DNA of 58,168 nt from Ferroacidibacillus organovorans (GTDB lineage: Bacteria; Bacillota; Bacilli; Alicyclobacillales; SLC66). The translations under genes and the position numbers were made by a program. Each line of letters opens with the position of its first letter. Within the stretch, counting starts at the first letter, position 1. The DNA lies in contig NZ_LSUQ01000012.1 in NCBI RefSeq assembly GCF_001642725.1, forward strand, positions 1 through 58,168, read 5' to 3'. Positions 1 to 10,144 of this stretch are shown in pieces. Under the pieces are notes generated by a model. The model did not search any database and was not told the origin of the DNA. It worked only from the letters and a program-made list of their open reading frames with translations.

Positions 1-1086
1 GTATAGCACCGTGCAATCCGAAAAACGTCCACCTTCCCCGACGTGCGCCTGAATCTTTGAGAGTGCGTAAATCGCCTCATCTTCTGCATCTTGCGCCGCG
101 TACACCGCGATTTTTTCACCCGTGCCCTTCGTTGACCACAGTGATTTTTCCACGCGGTTCTGATTGTTCTGAATGACCGCATTGGCCGCTTTCAAAATCG
201 TATCTGTCGAGCGGTAATTCTGCTCCAGTTTGATCATTTTGCGCGTTGGAAAATCGCGCTCAAAATAATCAAGATTCGCGCGATCCGCGCCGCGCCAGCG
301 ATAGATCGCCTGATCGGCGTCCCCGACGACACACACATTGTGATGCTCTTTTGAGAGCATGCGAATCAGCTGGTACTGCGCGCGATTCGTGTCTTGATAC
401 TCATCGACGTGAATGTAGAGAAATTTTTCTTGGTATGTTTTTAAAACATCCGGAAACGTCTCGAACAGTGAAACCGTTTTACCGATTAGATCGTCAAAAT
501 CAAGTGCGTTAGCGCGGCGTAACTGATGGTCATAGGCCGCAAATACGCCGCGCACGATTGTGTCGACAGGACGAGTTCCGGTCGCTACAAACGTCGCCGG
601 CGTCAGCAACTCATTTTTTGCGGCAGAAATGATCCACTGCACAGAGGCGGGGTCATACTTCTTGATGTCGTGGTTTAGATCGAGCATACACTGCTTGATC
701 ATGGACGCTTGATCGTCCGCGTCAAGAATGGTAAAGGTGGGTGTAAAATCGAGGTGGCGCGCCTCGCGTCGCAAAATTTTTACGCACATCGCGTGAAACG
801 TGCACATCCACATGTCATCCGCCGCGTCACCGATCCACTGCCGCACGCGTTCATTCATTTCACGCGCAGCCTTGTTTGTAAATGTGATGGCTAGAATATT
901 CCAGGGGTCTAGTTTTTTTACGTTTGTCAGATACGCGATGCGCCGTGTCATTACGCTCGTTTTGCCTGAACCCGCGCCTGCCAGCAAGAGTAGCGGCCCA
1001 TCGGTCGTCACGACCGCTTCGCGTTGCGGATCGTTTAGAGAAGCGAGAAGTTGATCTGCGTCGAGTTGCTTTGTCATCGTCGGCAT
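1..1086 (-). CDS. UvrD/PcrA-family ATP-dependent DNA helicase (N-terminal part, runs off the window start; not in ORF track)
   Basis: Manual translation: SLNDPQREAV..GPLLLLAGAGSGKTS (Walker A), ITFTNKAA, HVDEYQDTN, VGDADQAIYRWRGA, LEQNYRST. GGAGG RBS before ATG 1086 (alternative ATG 1077). Confidence 0.93.
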   Translation of the reverse strand, partial: MPTMTKQLDADQLLASLNDPQREAVVTTDGPLLLLAGAGSGKTSVMTRRIAYLTNVKKLDPWNILAITFTNKAAREMNERVRQWIGDAADDMWMCTFHAMCVKILRREARHLDFTPTFTILDADDQASMIKQCMLDLNHDIKKYDPASVQWIISAAKNELLTPATFVATGTRPVDTIVRGVFAAYDHQLRRANALDFDDLIGKTVSLFETFPDVLKTYQEKFLYIHVDEYQDTNRAQYQLIRMLSKEHHNVCVVGDADQAIYRWRGADRANLDYFERDFPTRKMIKLEQNYRSTDTILKAANAVIQNNQNRVEKSLWSTKGTGEKIAVYAAQDAEDEAIYALSKIQAHVGEGGRFSDCTVLY

Positions 1087-1211
1087 GCCTGTTCCTCCGT
1101 ACATCAAGCGCTAGAAAACGTACATGAGCTTATCACGGATGGCAATGAATCGAAAAGCAGGAATGTGCGCGATGATCGCGTACAAAAGCGCGCAACCCAT
1201 GATCCACTTTT

Positions 1212-2333
1212 TTAAAACGGCACCACGCTCACGTCCGACTGAACACGCAGAACACGTGACGCGACTACGCGCGAATACACGCCGCAAAGGTCTTCTACAG
1301 CCATGTGTCCGGTGTGCGCGAATGCGACTGGAGGGTCGATCAAATCTTCACGAAAATAGCGCGCGCTTGGCGCCATATCTCCCGGATAACTGAATCCGGG
1401 CAGGCTTGAAAGCGCGAGATTATGCAGCCTCCCAATCCCCGTTTCAAGCATCCCGCCACACCACAGCGTGACACCGGACGCCACACAGCGGTCATGGATG
1501 CGCAGCGCTTCGGCAAACCCGCCTACACGCCCTGGTTTCAAGTTGATCACTCGGCACGCGCCAATCGCGATTGCCTTGCGCGCATCGTCGTCACTGCGGA
1601 TGCTCTCATCAAGACAGATTGGCGTGCGAATTTCTTTTGCGAGCGCCGCGTGATCAATCAAATCATCCCAACCGAGCGGCTGCTCAATCATCGCCAGTTC
1701 CAACGCGTCAAACTGTCGCAAAATCTCAACATCGTTAAGCGTATATGCACTGTTGGCGTCTGCCACCAAAGAGAGTGTCGGGAACGCGTTGCGCAGTGCG
1801 CGCAAGACCGCAATATCGTGACCATGGGCAATTTTGACCTTGACACGTTGAAAGCCCTGTTCGAGAGAATCGCTCACGCGCGCGATCCACTGCTCCCGGC
1901 TCGACTGCATGCCGATGCTGATCCCGACTGGAACATGACGCTTTGTGCCGCCGAGAAGTTTTCGAAGGGGGATTCCTTGTTCAGCAGAAAATGCATCCCA
2001 AAGCGCCATTTCGATCGCCGCCTTTGCCATCGCGTGCCCGCGTACCGACCGAAAGCGGTCGCTCACGCATGAGAGATCTGCGCGCGTGGCGACAGTCACA
2101 CCGCGCAGCATCGGCAAAAGAACATCACGCAGGACAAACCACGCGCCGTCTGTCGTCTCTTCTGTATAGAGTGGCAGATGTCCTGCGACACATTCTGCAA
2201 TCCCTATCGCTCCATCTGTCGTCTCTATCTCAACAAGAATGAGATCGCGTGCGTCTTCTCGTCCATACGATGTGACAAACGGTTCACGCAACGGCATCTG
2301 CAAGCGCCGCAGCGTCCCATGCTTAATACGCAC
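1212..2333 (-). CDS. menC: o-succinylbenzoate synthase / N-succinylamino acid racemase (enolase superfamily, NSAR/OSBS type)
   Basis: PFVTSYG, YTEET, KVK, DAN, EQP, DES, KPGRVGG, WCGGMLETGIGR motifs. Confidence 0.85.
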   Translation of the reverse strand: MRIKHGTLRRLQMPLREPFVTSYGREDARDLILVEIETTDGAIGIAECVAGHLPLYTEETTDGAWFVLRDVLLPMLRGVTVATRADLSCVSDRFRSVRGHAMAKAAIEMALWDAFSAEQGIPLRKLLGGTKRHVPVGISIGMQSSREQWIARVSDSLEQGFQRVKVKIAHGHDIAVLRALRNAFPTLSLVADANSAYTLNDVEILRQFDALELAMIEQPLGWDDLIDHAALAKEIRTPICLDESIRSDDDARKAIAIGACRVINLKPGRVGGFAEALRIHDRCVASGVTLWCGGMLETGIGRLHNLALSSLPGFSYPGDMAPSARYFREDLIDPPVAFAHTGHMAVEDLCGVYSRVVASRVLRVQSDVSVVPF

Positions 2334-2456
2334 AAAAATTCCTCTCCACTCTCATCTGGCGTTCATCGAATTTGACGTTGTTACAGCAAACCGCCCAAGC
2401 AGACTGCTTTTTGAACACCCAGCTGTTCTGCGCCAACTGTAGCCCCGACTTACCAT

Positions 2457-3802
2457 TCACACGGCCTCTGTCGTGTATCGTCGCAGGAGGAGTGGAAAGA
2501 GCACAATATAGGCGAGTTGCAGGGCAAACGCTGCGACAAACGGTTCCGCAAGCGATCCTATACCGATGAGCATACCGCCAAGCGCTGGTCCAAACGCGGC
2601 TGGCACCGTCCAGGAAATCGCGTTTAAACTGCTTGCAAACCCCCTTCGCGAATCACGCACGAGACCTACCCCAAACGCTTGACGCGCACCGACCGAGCTT
2701 CGATTGACGATCGAGCGTAGAACGTATAAGACCGCGGCGACAGAAAAATTCATCGAAAATGGAATCGCAATCAAAAGCGCAAGACCTGCGATGCGCGGAA
2801 TGACGACTGCGCGCATCAACCCGTAGGTTCGCGAGAGCCTGCCAACAAGGAGCGATGATGCGGCAGTGAGGAAAAAGGTCACTGCATAGACGGGACCGAT
2901 CGCTTCCGGACCTACGCCAAATTTTACATTGAACCAATACGGAAAAAGTGGCGCGATCACACCTACTCCGAGCGAGTTGATCATATTGACAATACTGAGG
3001 CGCAAGAGTGCCCCATTCTCGCGACGGCGCGCGCTGCGCTCCTGTTCTGCTGCGTCAGGAAGTGTTTCAAATTTATTAAAAATCTGATCTTCAAGCGTAG
3101 AGCCGCGCGCGGCGAGTATTTTCTCATCCTGGTGAGACCGATTGACAGCACCGGTTGACGATTGGGTGTCTGCGCGTACCTCTTTCATCCGATAAATTTG
3201 CACCGCGTTGATCACCGCGACGAGCAACGTCAAGAAAAAGAGGGGAAGATAAGACATCACACCATTTTTAACCGGCAAAACATGGGGCAGTCCGGCCGCC
3301 AAGAGTGACCCTACGCCCATCCCGGCAAACTGTAGTCCTGCGTTTGCACTGAACACACTCCCCCGCCGCTTCGTGTCGATCACTTGAGCCAGCCACGCCT
3401 GTTCTGCGGGGGCAAACGGTCCTGAAGCGCCATTGGCGCCGCGCCCAAAGCCAAAGACCCCACCCACCAGCACGAGCAACGTGGCGCTCGGAACGAGGAT
3501 GACCAGAAGCGTTCCAAGGGCGAGTCCAGCTTCATAAACGAGAAGAAAACGACGGCGGCCGACGCGATCGCTTGAAATACCGATCCAAAGGCTGAGCAGA
3601 GATCCGATGAGACCACCCGCCATGAGCAAAAGACCAATCTCAGGCGCACTCCAGTGACGCGCGCGCAAATAGAGGGTAAAGTCCACCCCCATCGCGCCTT
3701 GTGCGATGCTGCGCATGAAGCGAGTCAGGATCAGGGTCTTCGCCACTGGATTCAGGCGACCGATCCCCCGCCATGTTTCGATGACGACACGCACGCGTGA
3801 CA
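2457..3802 (-). CDS. MFS transporter
   Basis: About 12 hydrophobic segments, MFS motif A (SDRVGRRR), long central loop. Start probably GTG ~3802 after AAGGGG (ORF track extends to 3854). Confidence 0.85.
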
Positions 3803-3916
3803 CCGCCCCTTTGCATTTAACCAAACTGTGATTGGAACTTGTCAAAACGTTCATTTCAAAGGATAATTCTACTAGAAAGTCAACCCGAGGGAAATGTTCT
3901 TGTGGAGGTGTTGCCG

Positions 3917-4327
3917 GTGACTAAAAAATTTCGCACGGCCTTGGCCGCGCTCCCTGTCCTCTCTCTCCTTCTCGTCTCCGGCTCCGCGTTTGCAGAAGTG
4001 ATGCACCCCCTTTATGACAACCTTTTACTCCCGCAAGCGCGGGGCAACGTTCACGCGGAATTGCGCGCAATCCATCACAAACTTCGAATGAATGACGAAA
4101 AAGGCAGAATTGCCGTGCTCGACGTGTTTGTCACCCCGAACGGCAAGCATTACTTCATTGGAAAAATCGAACTTTCCCACGAGAAGACAACCTTGTATTT
4201 TATCAATCGAACCCTCTTTGCATCCCTCGCAGACATGCGCACGGCAATTGCCGACAAACCTGACTTTGAACTGATTGGGCATACGCTTGATGTCTATGCC
4301 GGAATCATACGCGTCTCGCTGCACTAG
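3917..4327 (+). CDS. hypothetical secreted protein
   Basis: GGAGG RBS then TTG 3911 or GTG 3917. Signal peptide TKKFR-hydrophobic-SAFA. Confidence 0.7.
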   Translation: MTKKFRTALAALPVLSLLLVSGSAFAEVMHPLYDNLLLPQARGNVHAELRAIHHKLRMNDEKGRIAVLDVFVTPNGKHYFIGKIELSHEKTTLYFINRTLFASLADMRTAIADKPDFELIGHTLDVYAGIIRVSLH

Positions 4328-4355
4328 GTAATCATCGCTCTGTGGATGAGAAAGG

Positions 4356-5870
4356 ATGGTGAGTATGCGCCCGACCAATCGTCGAAGTGTCACGATTGCC
4401 GTTATGGTAGCAACCTTTTTGACAGCAATGGACAACACGGTAGTCAGCACAGCCATGCCGACGATTGTGAGTGATTTAGGCGGGATTCAATTGATCAGTT
4501 GGGTGTTTGCCGTTTATGTGCTGACAACCGCTGCAACGACGCCCATTTTCGGGAAATTGTCTGATCTCTACGGTAGAAAACTTATTTTTACGATTGGAAC
4601 GATCCTGTTTTTGCTTGGTTCCGCCCTCTCTGGCGCTTCCCAAACGATGGTAGAGTTGATCCTGTTTCGCGCGTTTCAGGGAATTGGAGCGGGTGCCGTT
4701 TTTCCGATTACCCTCACCATTATTGGCGACCTCTATCAAGGGGAAGCGCGGGCGCGCATCCAAGGACTGTTTAGCGCCGTGTGGGGGATTTCCGGTGTCG
4801 TTGGACCTCTTGTCGGCGGTTTTTTCGTCGATGTCATCTCATGGCGCTGGATCTTTTATATCAATATTCCGATTGGCATCGTCTCCATTGCTCTATTGTG
4901 GTTTTTTCTGCACGAGAAATTCGAGCGAAAGAGTCACCGTATCGACATACTCGGCGCGCTCCTCTTTCTTTGCGGCATCTCATCTTTGCTGTACGCCATT
5001 TTGAGTGGAGGGCAAACCCTCGCCTGGAACTCGCCTTTGCTGATTGTGTTGCTGACGAGTTCCGCAGTTCTCCTCGCGCTTTTTCTCTTTGTCGAGTCGC
5101 GCGCGAAAGAACCGATGCTTCCGCTTTCTCTCTTTCACTTGCCAGGCATTGCGATCGCCAACCTCGCGAGTCTTTTTGGTGCGGCGATGCTCATTGCCAT
5201 GTCTGTTTACATACCGCTCTTCGTACAAGGGATCATGGGACAATCCGCAACCAGCGCAGGTCTCACCCTCACGCCAATGTCCATTGGGTGGCCCCTTGGC
5301 GCCGCTGTAGGCGGACGGATCATGTTTCGCATCGGGCCGCGCATCACGAGCGTCCTCGGCGCATTCCTTCTCGTTCTCGGCTGTGCGTGGCTCTCCTTGT
5401 TGCCCATGGGGACAAGCCAGTGGCCGTTTATTCTAATCATGGTCATCGTCGGTTTCGGTTTTGGTTTTGCCTTTACCGCGTTTACGATCTTAGTGCAGTC
5501 AGCGGTTGATTGGCAAATGAGGGGCACCTCAACTGGAACAAATCAGTTTATGCGAAACATCGGACAGACACTCGGGATTGCACTTTTTGGCCTGTGGCTG
5601 AATGACACAGTGGCAAAAAAATTGATGAATCCCGCACTCTTTCGCGTGACGCACGGCAACGCCGGAACGCTCGGGCGATTGCTCAACCCTGCGGTCGCAT
5701 CCCATTTTAATGCATCCTTCGTGCAGTCGATGCGCGCTGTGTTGTATGATGGATTACACGCGGTATTCATCATGGTCATCGCAGTGTCCATCATCGTATT
5801 TGTGCTCACATTCTTTTTGCCTACAAAGTTCCCAGAGCAGATGCATTCGCCATCTAAAACGTCTGCCTGA
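4356..5870 (+). CDS. MDR/DHA2 (EmrB/QacA-like) 14-TM MFS efflux transporter
   Basis: MDNTVVSTAMPTI, GKLSDLYGRK, FRAFQGIG, GPLVGG, WRWIFYINIPIG. Confidence 0.92.
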   Translation: MVSMRPTNRRSVTIAVMVATFLTAMDNTVVSTAMPTIVSDLGGIQLISWVFAVYVLTTAATTPIFGKLSDLYGRKLIFTIGTILFLLGSALSGASQTMVELILFRAFQGIGAGAVFPITLTIIGDLYQGEARARIQGLFSAVWGISGVVGPLVGGFFVDVISWRWIFYINIPIGIVSIALLWFFLHEKFERKSHRIDILGALLFLCGISSLLYAILSGGQTLAWNSPLLIVLLTSSAVLLALFLFVESRAKEPMLPLSLFHLPGIAIANLASLFGAAMLIAMSVYIPLFVQGIMGQSATSAGLTLTPMSIGWPLGAAVGGRIMFRIGPRITSVLGAFLLVLGCAWLSLLPMGTSQWPFILIMVIVGFGFGFAFTAFTILVQSAVDWQMRGTSTGTNQFMRNIGQTLGIALFGLWLNDTVAKKLMNPALFRVTHGNAGTLGRLLNPAVASHFNASFVQSMRAVLYDGLHAVFIMVIAVSIIVFVLTFFLPTKFPEQMHSPSKTSA

Positions 5871-5936
5871 TCCGTTCCCCTGCGCTTTCGCGCAGAGTGA
5901 CACCCTCATTCTAGATGACCAGAAATCGAAAGGAAG

Positions 5937-6911
5937 ATGTTTGTGAAACTCGGCGTATTTGCAGTTTTGTTTGGAGATCGAAAATTTGAAGAGGCGCTCG
6001 ACCTGATTGTTGGCGCTGGACTGCAAACTGTAGAAATCGGTTGTGGACCATACCCTGGCAAAGCGCATTGCGATCCCGATCAACTCCTTGTGGACGAGCG
6101 CGCGCGCGATGCGTTCATGCACGCGATTACGTCCCGTGGACTCTCGATCAGCGCACTTAGTGTACACGGCAATCCGCTGCACCCAAACACTGAAGTTGCC
6201 AAGGAACACCATCGCCAGTTTGAACAAGCGGTGCTGCTCGCTGAAATGCTCGGTGTCGATACGGTTGTCACATTCTCTGGGTGTCCCGGTGAGTCAGACC
6301 ACTCTCTGAACCCTGCTTGGGTGACCTGCCCATGGCCTGAGGAATACGCGAAGGTTCTTGAGTGGCAGTGGGAAGAGAAGGTCATCCCCTACTGGAAAAA
6401 ACAACACGATTTTCTAGAGGCTCACAAGATGCGCGTCGCAATCGAAGCGCATCCAGGGTTTGTCGTCTATCACACCGAATCCATGCTGCGCTTGCGCAAC
6501 GCGTGTGGGCCGCGCATCGGGGTCAATTTTGATCCGAGCCATCTCTTCTGGCAGGGAATGGACCCCGTCGCCGCGATCAAAACACTGGGCAAAGCGAATG
6601 CAATCTTCCACGTCCACGCGAAGGATACGAGCTTTGACCGCGAAAATATGAGTCAAAACGGTGTGCTTGACACCAAGAGTTACCGAAACGAATTGGAGCG
6701 CTCTTGGATTTTTCGTACGGTGGGCTATGGGCACGGCGAAGAGACGTGGCGCAACATCATCAGTGCCTTGCAACTGGTCGGCTACACGGGTGCCGTTAGC
6801 ATTGAACACGAAGACAGTCTGATGGCGCTTGAAGAAGGATTTTTAAAGGCAGCGTCTTTCTTAAACGGATTATTGATACGCGAACGTCTGGAAACCATCT
6901 GGTGGACGTAG
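5937..6911 (+). CDS. sugar phosphate isomerase/epimerase (xylose-isomerase-like TIM barrel)
   Basis: Metal-ligand pattern E-AHPG, FDPSH, HVHAKD, SIEHED. Confidence 0.85.
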   Translation: MFVKLGVFAVLFGDRKFEEALDLIVGAGLQTVEIGCGPYPGKAHCDPDQLLVDERARDAFMHAITSRGLSISALSVHGNPLHPNTEVAKEHHRQFEQAVLLAEMLGVDTVVTFSGCPGESDHSLNPAWVTCPWPEEYAKVLEWQWEEKVIPYWKKQHDFLEAHKMRVAIEAHPGFVVYHTESMLRLRNACGPRIGVNFDPSHLFWQGMDPVAAIKTLGKANAIFHVHAKDTSFDRENMSQNGVLDTKSYRNELERSWIFRTVGYGHGEETWRNIISALQLVGYTGAVSIEHEDSLMALEEGFLKAASFLNGLLIRERLETIWWT

Positions 6912-6929
6912 GCTGAATCACACAACAGG

Positions 6930-6980
6930 AATACGTCTCAGGCGAGATTTTCCATCCCGCGCGAGACGTATTTTCATTTT
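6930..6980 (+). terminator. rho-independent terminator
   Basis: AATACGTCTC...GAGACGTATT stem followed by TTCATTTT. Confidence 0.7.
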
Positions 6981-7080
6981 ACGACAAAAAAGGTCAACAA
7001 TGAGCGAAACCTAAAAATAGCCAGTGTTCTCGCAACGCTTCGCCATGCTACGATCACTTTATCAAAGGAGGATGTTTCAA

Positions 7081-7494
7081 ATGATGATTGCAACAGGGCG
7101 CATTCCTATTCTAATCGCGCTTGGCGTCACCGGAATGCTCTATGGAACACACTACATCTTGAAAGCGCCAGGGTACATCGCACCGCCTCGTCACACATCT
7201 TCAGTCACAGAATCCAGTGATCCATTGCAACTGCGTGAAGATATCGTCGCCACCTCAAAATCACTCACCGTCATCAATGCCGCCTCGCTGACGCTCAAAC
7301 GACTGCTCGATGAAAATCATACACTGCGAAACGAAGTAACAACACTTATTGCGAGCAACCATCATAATGTGTCTACCCTTGAGCAACTCTATGGCACAAG
7401 ACTCAGTCAGTACCAAGCGGCGCTATCTCGCGCCGACGCGCAGCTCGCCGCACGGCCTGCGACATCCTACGGCGGAGATGACAACGGCAATTGA
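7081..7494 (+). CDS. hypothetical membrane-anchored coiled-coil protein
   Basis: AAGGAGG RBS. N-terminal hydrophobic helix, heptad-like helical body, acidic tail YGGDDNGN. Confidence 0.65.
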   Translation: MMIATGRIPILIALGVTGMLYGTHYILKAPGYIAPPRHTSSVTESSDPLQLREDIVATSKSLTVINAASLTLKRLLDENHTLRNEVTTLIASNHHNVSTLEQLYGTRLSQYQAALSRADAQLAARPATSYGGDDNGN

Positions 7495-7527
7495 CCGCCA
7501 CACAAGCGTTACCGCGCACGCGATAGG

Positions 7528-8298
7528 CTAACTTTCATCGTCTGGCGCATACATCATCTTGATCGTCATGCCGCCATCGACGACGAGATTGGTTCCCGTG
7601 ATAAACGAATTTTCAGGGGCCGTCAAAAAAAGACACACGCGCGCGATATCGTGTGGTGTGCCTACGCGCCCTGCCGGGTGTTGCATGCGATCGATCTCCC
7701 GATGAACAGGGGTGGAGCGCCTGCTTTCTTTTTGCCATTCAGACACCTCGATCCACCCCGGACTGACGGCGTTTACTAAAACGCGCGGACCGAGTGACAC
7801 GGCAAGGGAGTGCGTAAGCGATACGATTGCACCCTTTGAAGCGGAATACGGTTCTGTGTTCGGTTCAGACATGAGCGCGCGCGTGGATGCCATGAGTATA
7901 ATGCGACCAGGATTGGCTAGCCCCAAGTAAGGCGCACAAAGCGAGCTCATCAGATAAGCCCCGCGAACATTGACTGCCATGACACGATCAAACGCCTCAA
8001 TCGGGCGCTCGAACAGCGATGCGTTGTGCCCAATGCCAGCATTGTGGATCAATATGTCCAAGCGCCCGAAACGATGAATGACTTCATCAATAAAACGCTG
8101 ATCCACCTGCTCCAAGGAGACGTCTCCACACTCAACATACAGATTTTCTTTTTTGGAAACCTGAGCAATCAGTTCAGCGCACGCCTCTTCATCTTGATCT
8201 AGAATCGCGACATCGTACCCCTCATCAAGGTAGGTCTCACACAAGCAGCGGCCGATGCCGTTTGCTCCCCCTGTAATCACGACCACAGGACGTTTCAT
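7528..8298 (-). CDS. SDR family oxidoreductase
   Basis: TGGANGIG, HNAG, YSASK, VNAVSPG, VDGG. AGGAGG RBS before ATG 8298. Confidence 0.92.
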   Translation of the reverse strand: MKRPVVVITGGANGIGRCLCETYLDEGYDVAILDQDEEACAELIAQVSKKENLYVECGDVSLEQVDQRFIDEVIHRFGRLDILIHNAGIGHNASLFERPIEAFDRVMAVNVRGAYLMSSLCAPYLGLANPGRIILMASTRALMSEPNTEPYSASKGAIVSLTHSLAVSLGPRVLVNAVSPGWIEVSEWQKESRRSTPVHREIDRMQHPAGRVGTPHDIARVCLFLTAPENSFITGTNLVVDGGMTIKMMYAPDDES

Positions 8299-8306
8299 AA
8301 AACCTC

Positions 8307-9050
8307 CTAAAATGCGTGTAATGTGTCTTTTAAATAGGCAAAACTTTGCGCAATGCTGACAAACGGATCGCCGGGACACTGGTCCTGCTCCACAAAGTGC
8401 GCATCAATGTGCGGGGCTACAGAAAAGATTTCTGCAAAATCAAGTACACCAGCGCCCACTTCGCAGTATTCCCGATCTTCTGACGCGCTCATATCCTTTA
8501 CATGAAGCGCCACGCAGCGGTCACCGTATGTCTTAAGGAGTGAGATGGCTGAATACCCTGCGTACTCTGCCCAGTAAACATCCATTTCAAGTTTTAGTCG
8601 ATCTGCCGGGACGCGCGATAGCATCACGTCGAGCGCAGTCTGACCCGCATCATTCTTCATGGTCAGCTCGAAATCATGGTGATGGTAAAGCAGCGTCAGG
8701 CCGTACAACTTCACCTTTTCGCCAACCTCATTCAGACGATCTGCCACGCGTTCAAAGCTTTGTATCGATGTGCGCATCTCAGGGGATAACCAAGGACAGA
8801 CAAGATAGGATACCCCGAGTGTCTTCGCGTATGCCATCTCATCCTCGTTCAATTGGTCAAACGGGATATGCGTGGAGCGCGGCGTTAACCCCAATTCGTG
8901 GCAATGCTCGCGCAATTCGTTTGCCGAAAATCCGCCATAGCCTGCAAATTCAAGATCCCGATAACCAATCTCGGCGACGCGCGCGAGTGTTCCAAGGTAG
9001 TCCTTTTCCATTTGTTGGCGCAACGTATAGAGCTGGATGCCTGGTTTCAA
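8307..9050 (-). CDS. sugar phosphate isomerase/epimerase (IolE/MocC-like TIM barrel)
   Basis: GIQLYTLR, YHHHDFE, EMDVYW, LHVKD, VEQD. Confidence 0.85.
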   Translation of the reverse strand: MKPGIQLYTLRQQMEKDYLGTLARVAEIGYRDLEFAGYGGFSANELREHCHELGLTPRSTHIPFDQLNEDEMAYAKTLGVSYLVCPWLSPEMRTSIQSFERVADRLNEVGEKVKLYGLTLLYHHHDFELTMKNDAGQTALDVMLSRVPADRLKLEMDVYWAEYAGYSAISLLKTYGDRCVALHVKDMSASEDREYCEVGAGVLDFAEIFSVAPHIDAHFVEQDQCPGDPFVSIAQSFAYLKDTLHAF

Positions 9051-9139
9051 CGTAAATCCTCCCGTATACCATCATGGTTCATTCATTAGAATCTAGTATA
9101 CAATAGATTCATGGCAATGTATGACAAAGGAGCGATTTC

Positions 9140-10144
9140 ATGCGCGCAATCGGTATTAAAGAACCTGGCGAGCCATCCGTATTGACGATGGTAACGTGTG
9201 ACCCTCCCCTTCTTCGCCCACACCACGTGCGCGTGGCAGTGCGCGCAACAGCGCTCAATCGCGCAGACCTTCTTCAGCGGCGCGGGTTATACCCACCTCC
9301 TCCCGGAGAATCCGAGATTCTCGGATTAGAAGTGTCCGGAGTCGTATGCGAGCTAGGCGAAGGGGTGACAGCTGTCACTGTGGGAGATGAAGTGTGCGCC
9401 CTCCTGCCTGGTGGAGGCTACGCAGAAGAGGTGGTTGTGCACGAGGATATGCTCGCACACATCCCGAGTGGGCTTACCTTTGAAGAAGCGGCGGCGCTAC
9501 CGGAAGTTTTTTTGACCGCTTATTCAAATCTCGTCTGGTTGGGACAGTTTCAGCCAGGTCAATCCATTTTGATTCACGCAGGTGCAAGCGGTGTAGGAAC
9601 GGCGGCGATCCAACTCGTGAAACAGATGAATGGGAACTGCATGATCACTGCTGGCTCTTCGCAAAAACGATCGTTTTGCAAAGAACTCGGAGCGGATAGG
9701 GTTTTCAATTACCACGATGGCTCTTTTGTGGAGGCTGTTCTAACATTTACGAATGGTCGCGGCGTAGATATCATTTTTGATTTCATCGGGGAGCCTTACT
9801 TTTCACAAAACCTTGCTTCGCTTTCATTTGACGGCAAACTTATTTTGATCGGAACCATGGGAGGTAGCATCGCGCAAAATGTCGATCTCGGATACCTCTT
9901 GCGCAAGCGCCTACAGATTTTGGGGACAGCGCTGCGCTCGCGTTCACAGGAACAAAAGATCGCGTTGACGCGCTCCTTTTTCTCTTATGCCACACCGCTG
10001 TTTGAAAGGGGCGTCCTAAGACCAATTGTCGACCGTGTGTTTGATTGGCGTGACGCCGCCGCTGCGCATGCGTACATGGAGACGAATCAAAACATCGGAA
10101 AGATTGTGCTAACTATAGGGAGAGGAGATGAGAATCGACCGTGA
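9140..10144 (+). CDS. NAD(P)H-quinone oxidoreductase (zeta-crystallin/PIG3 family)
   Basis: ALNRADLLQRRGLYPPP, GGGYAE, IHAGASGVGTAAIQ, GKIVL. Confidence 0.92.
   Translation: MRAIGIKEPGEPSVLTMVTCDPPLLRPHHVRVAVRATALNRADLLQRRGLYPPPPGESEILGLEVSGVVCELGEGVTAVTVGDEVCALLPGGGYAEEVVVHEDMLAHIPSGLTFEEAAALPEVFLTAYSNLVWLGQFQPGQSILIHAGASGVGTAAIQLVKQMNGNCMITAGSSQKRSFCKELGADRVFNYHDGSFVEAVLTFTNGRGVDIIFDFIGEPYFSQNLASLSFDGKLILIGTMGGSIAQNVDLGYLLRKRLQILGTALRSRSQEQKIALTRSFFSYATPLFERGVLRPIVDRVFDWRDAAAAHAYMETNQNIGKIVLTIGRGDENRP

Noticed and set aside
246..1127. Several + strand ORFs of 60-90 aa
   Set aside because: Antisense to the helicase that the ORF track missed because it runs off the window edge.
1422..2072. 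216-aa + strand ORF
   Set aside because: Antisense shadow of menC; no RBS or recognisable motif.
4781..5509. 242-aa alternate-frame ORF
   Set aside because: Lies inside the DHA2 gene in another frame; Arg-rich composition typical of off-frame translation.
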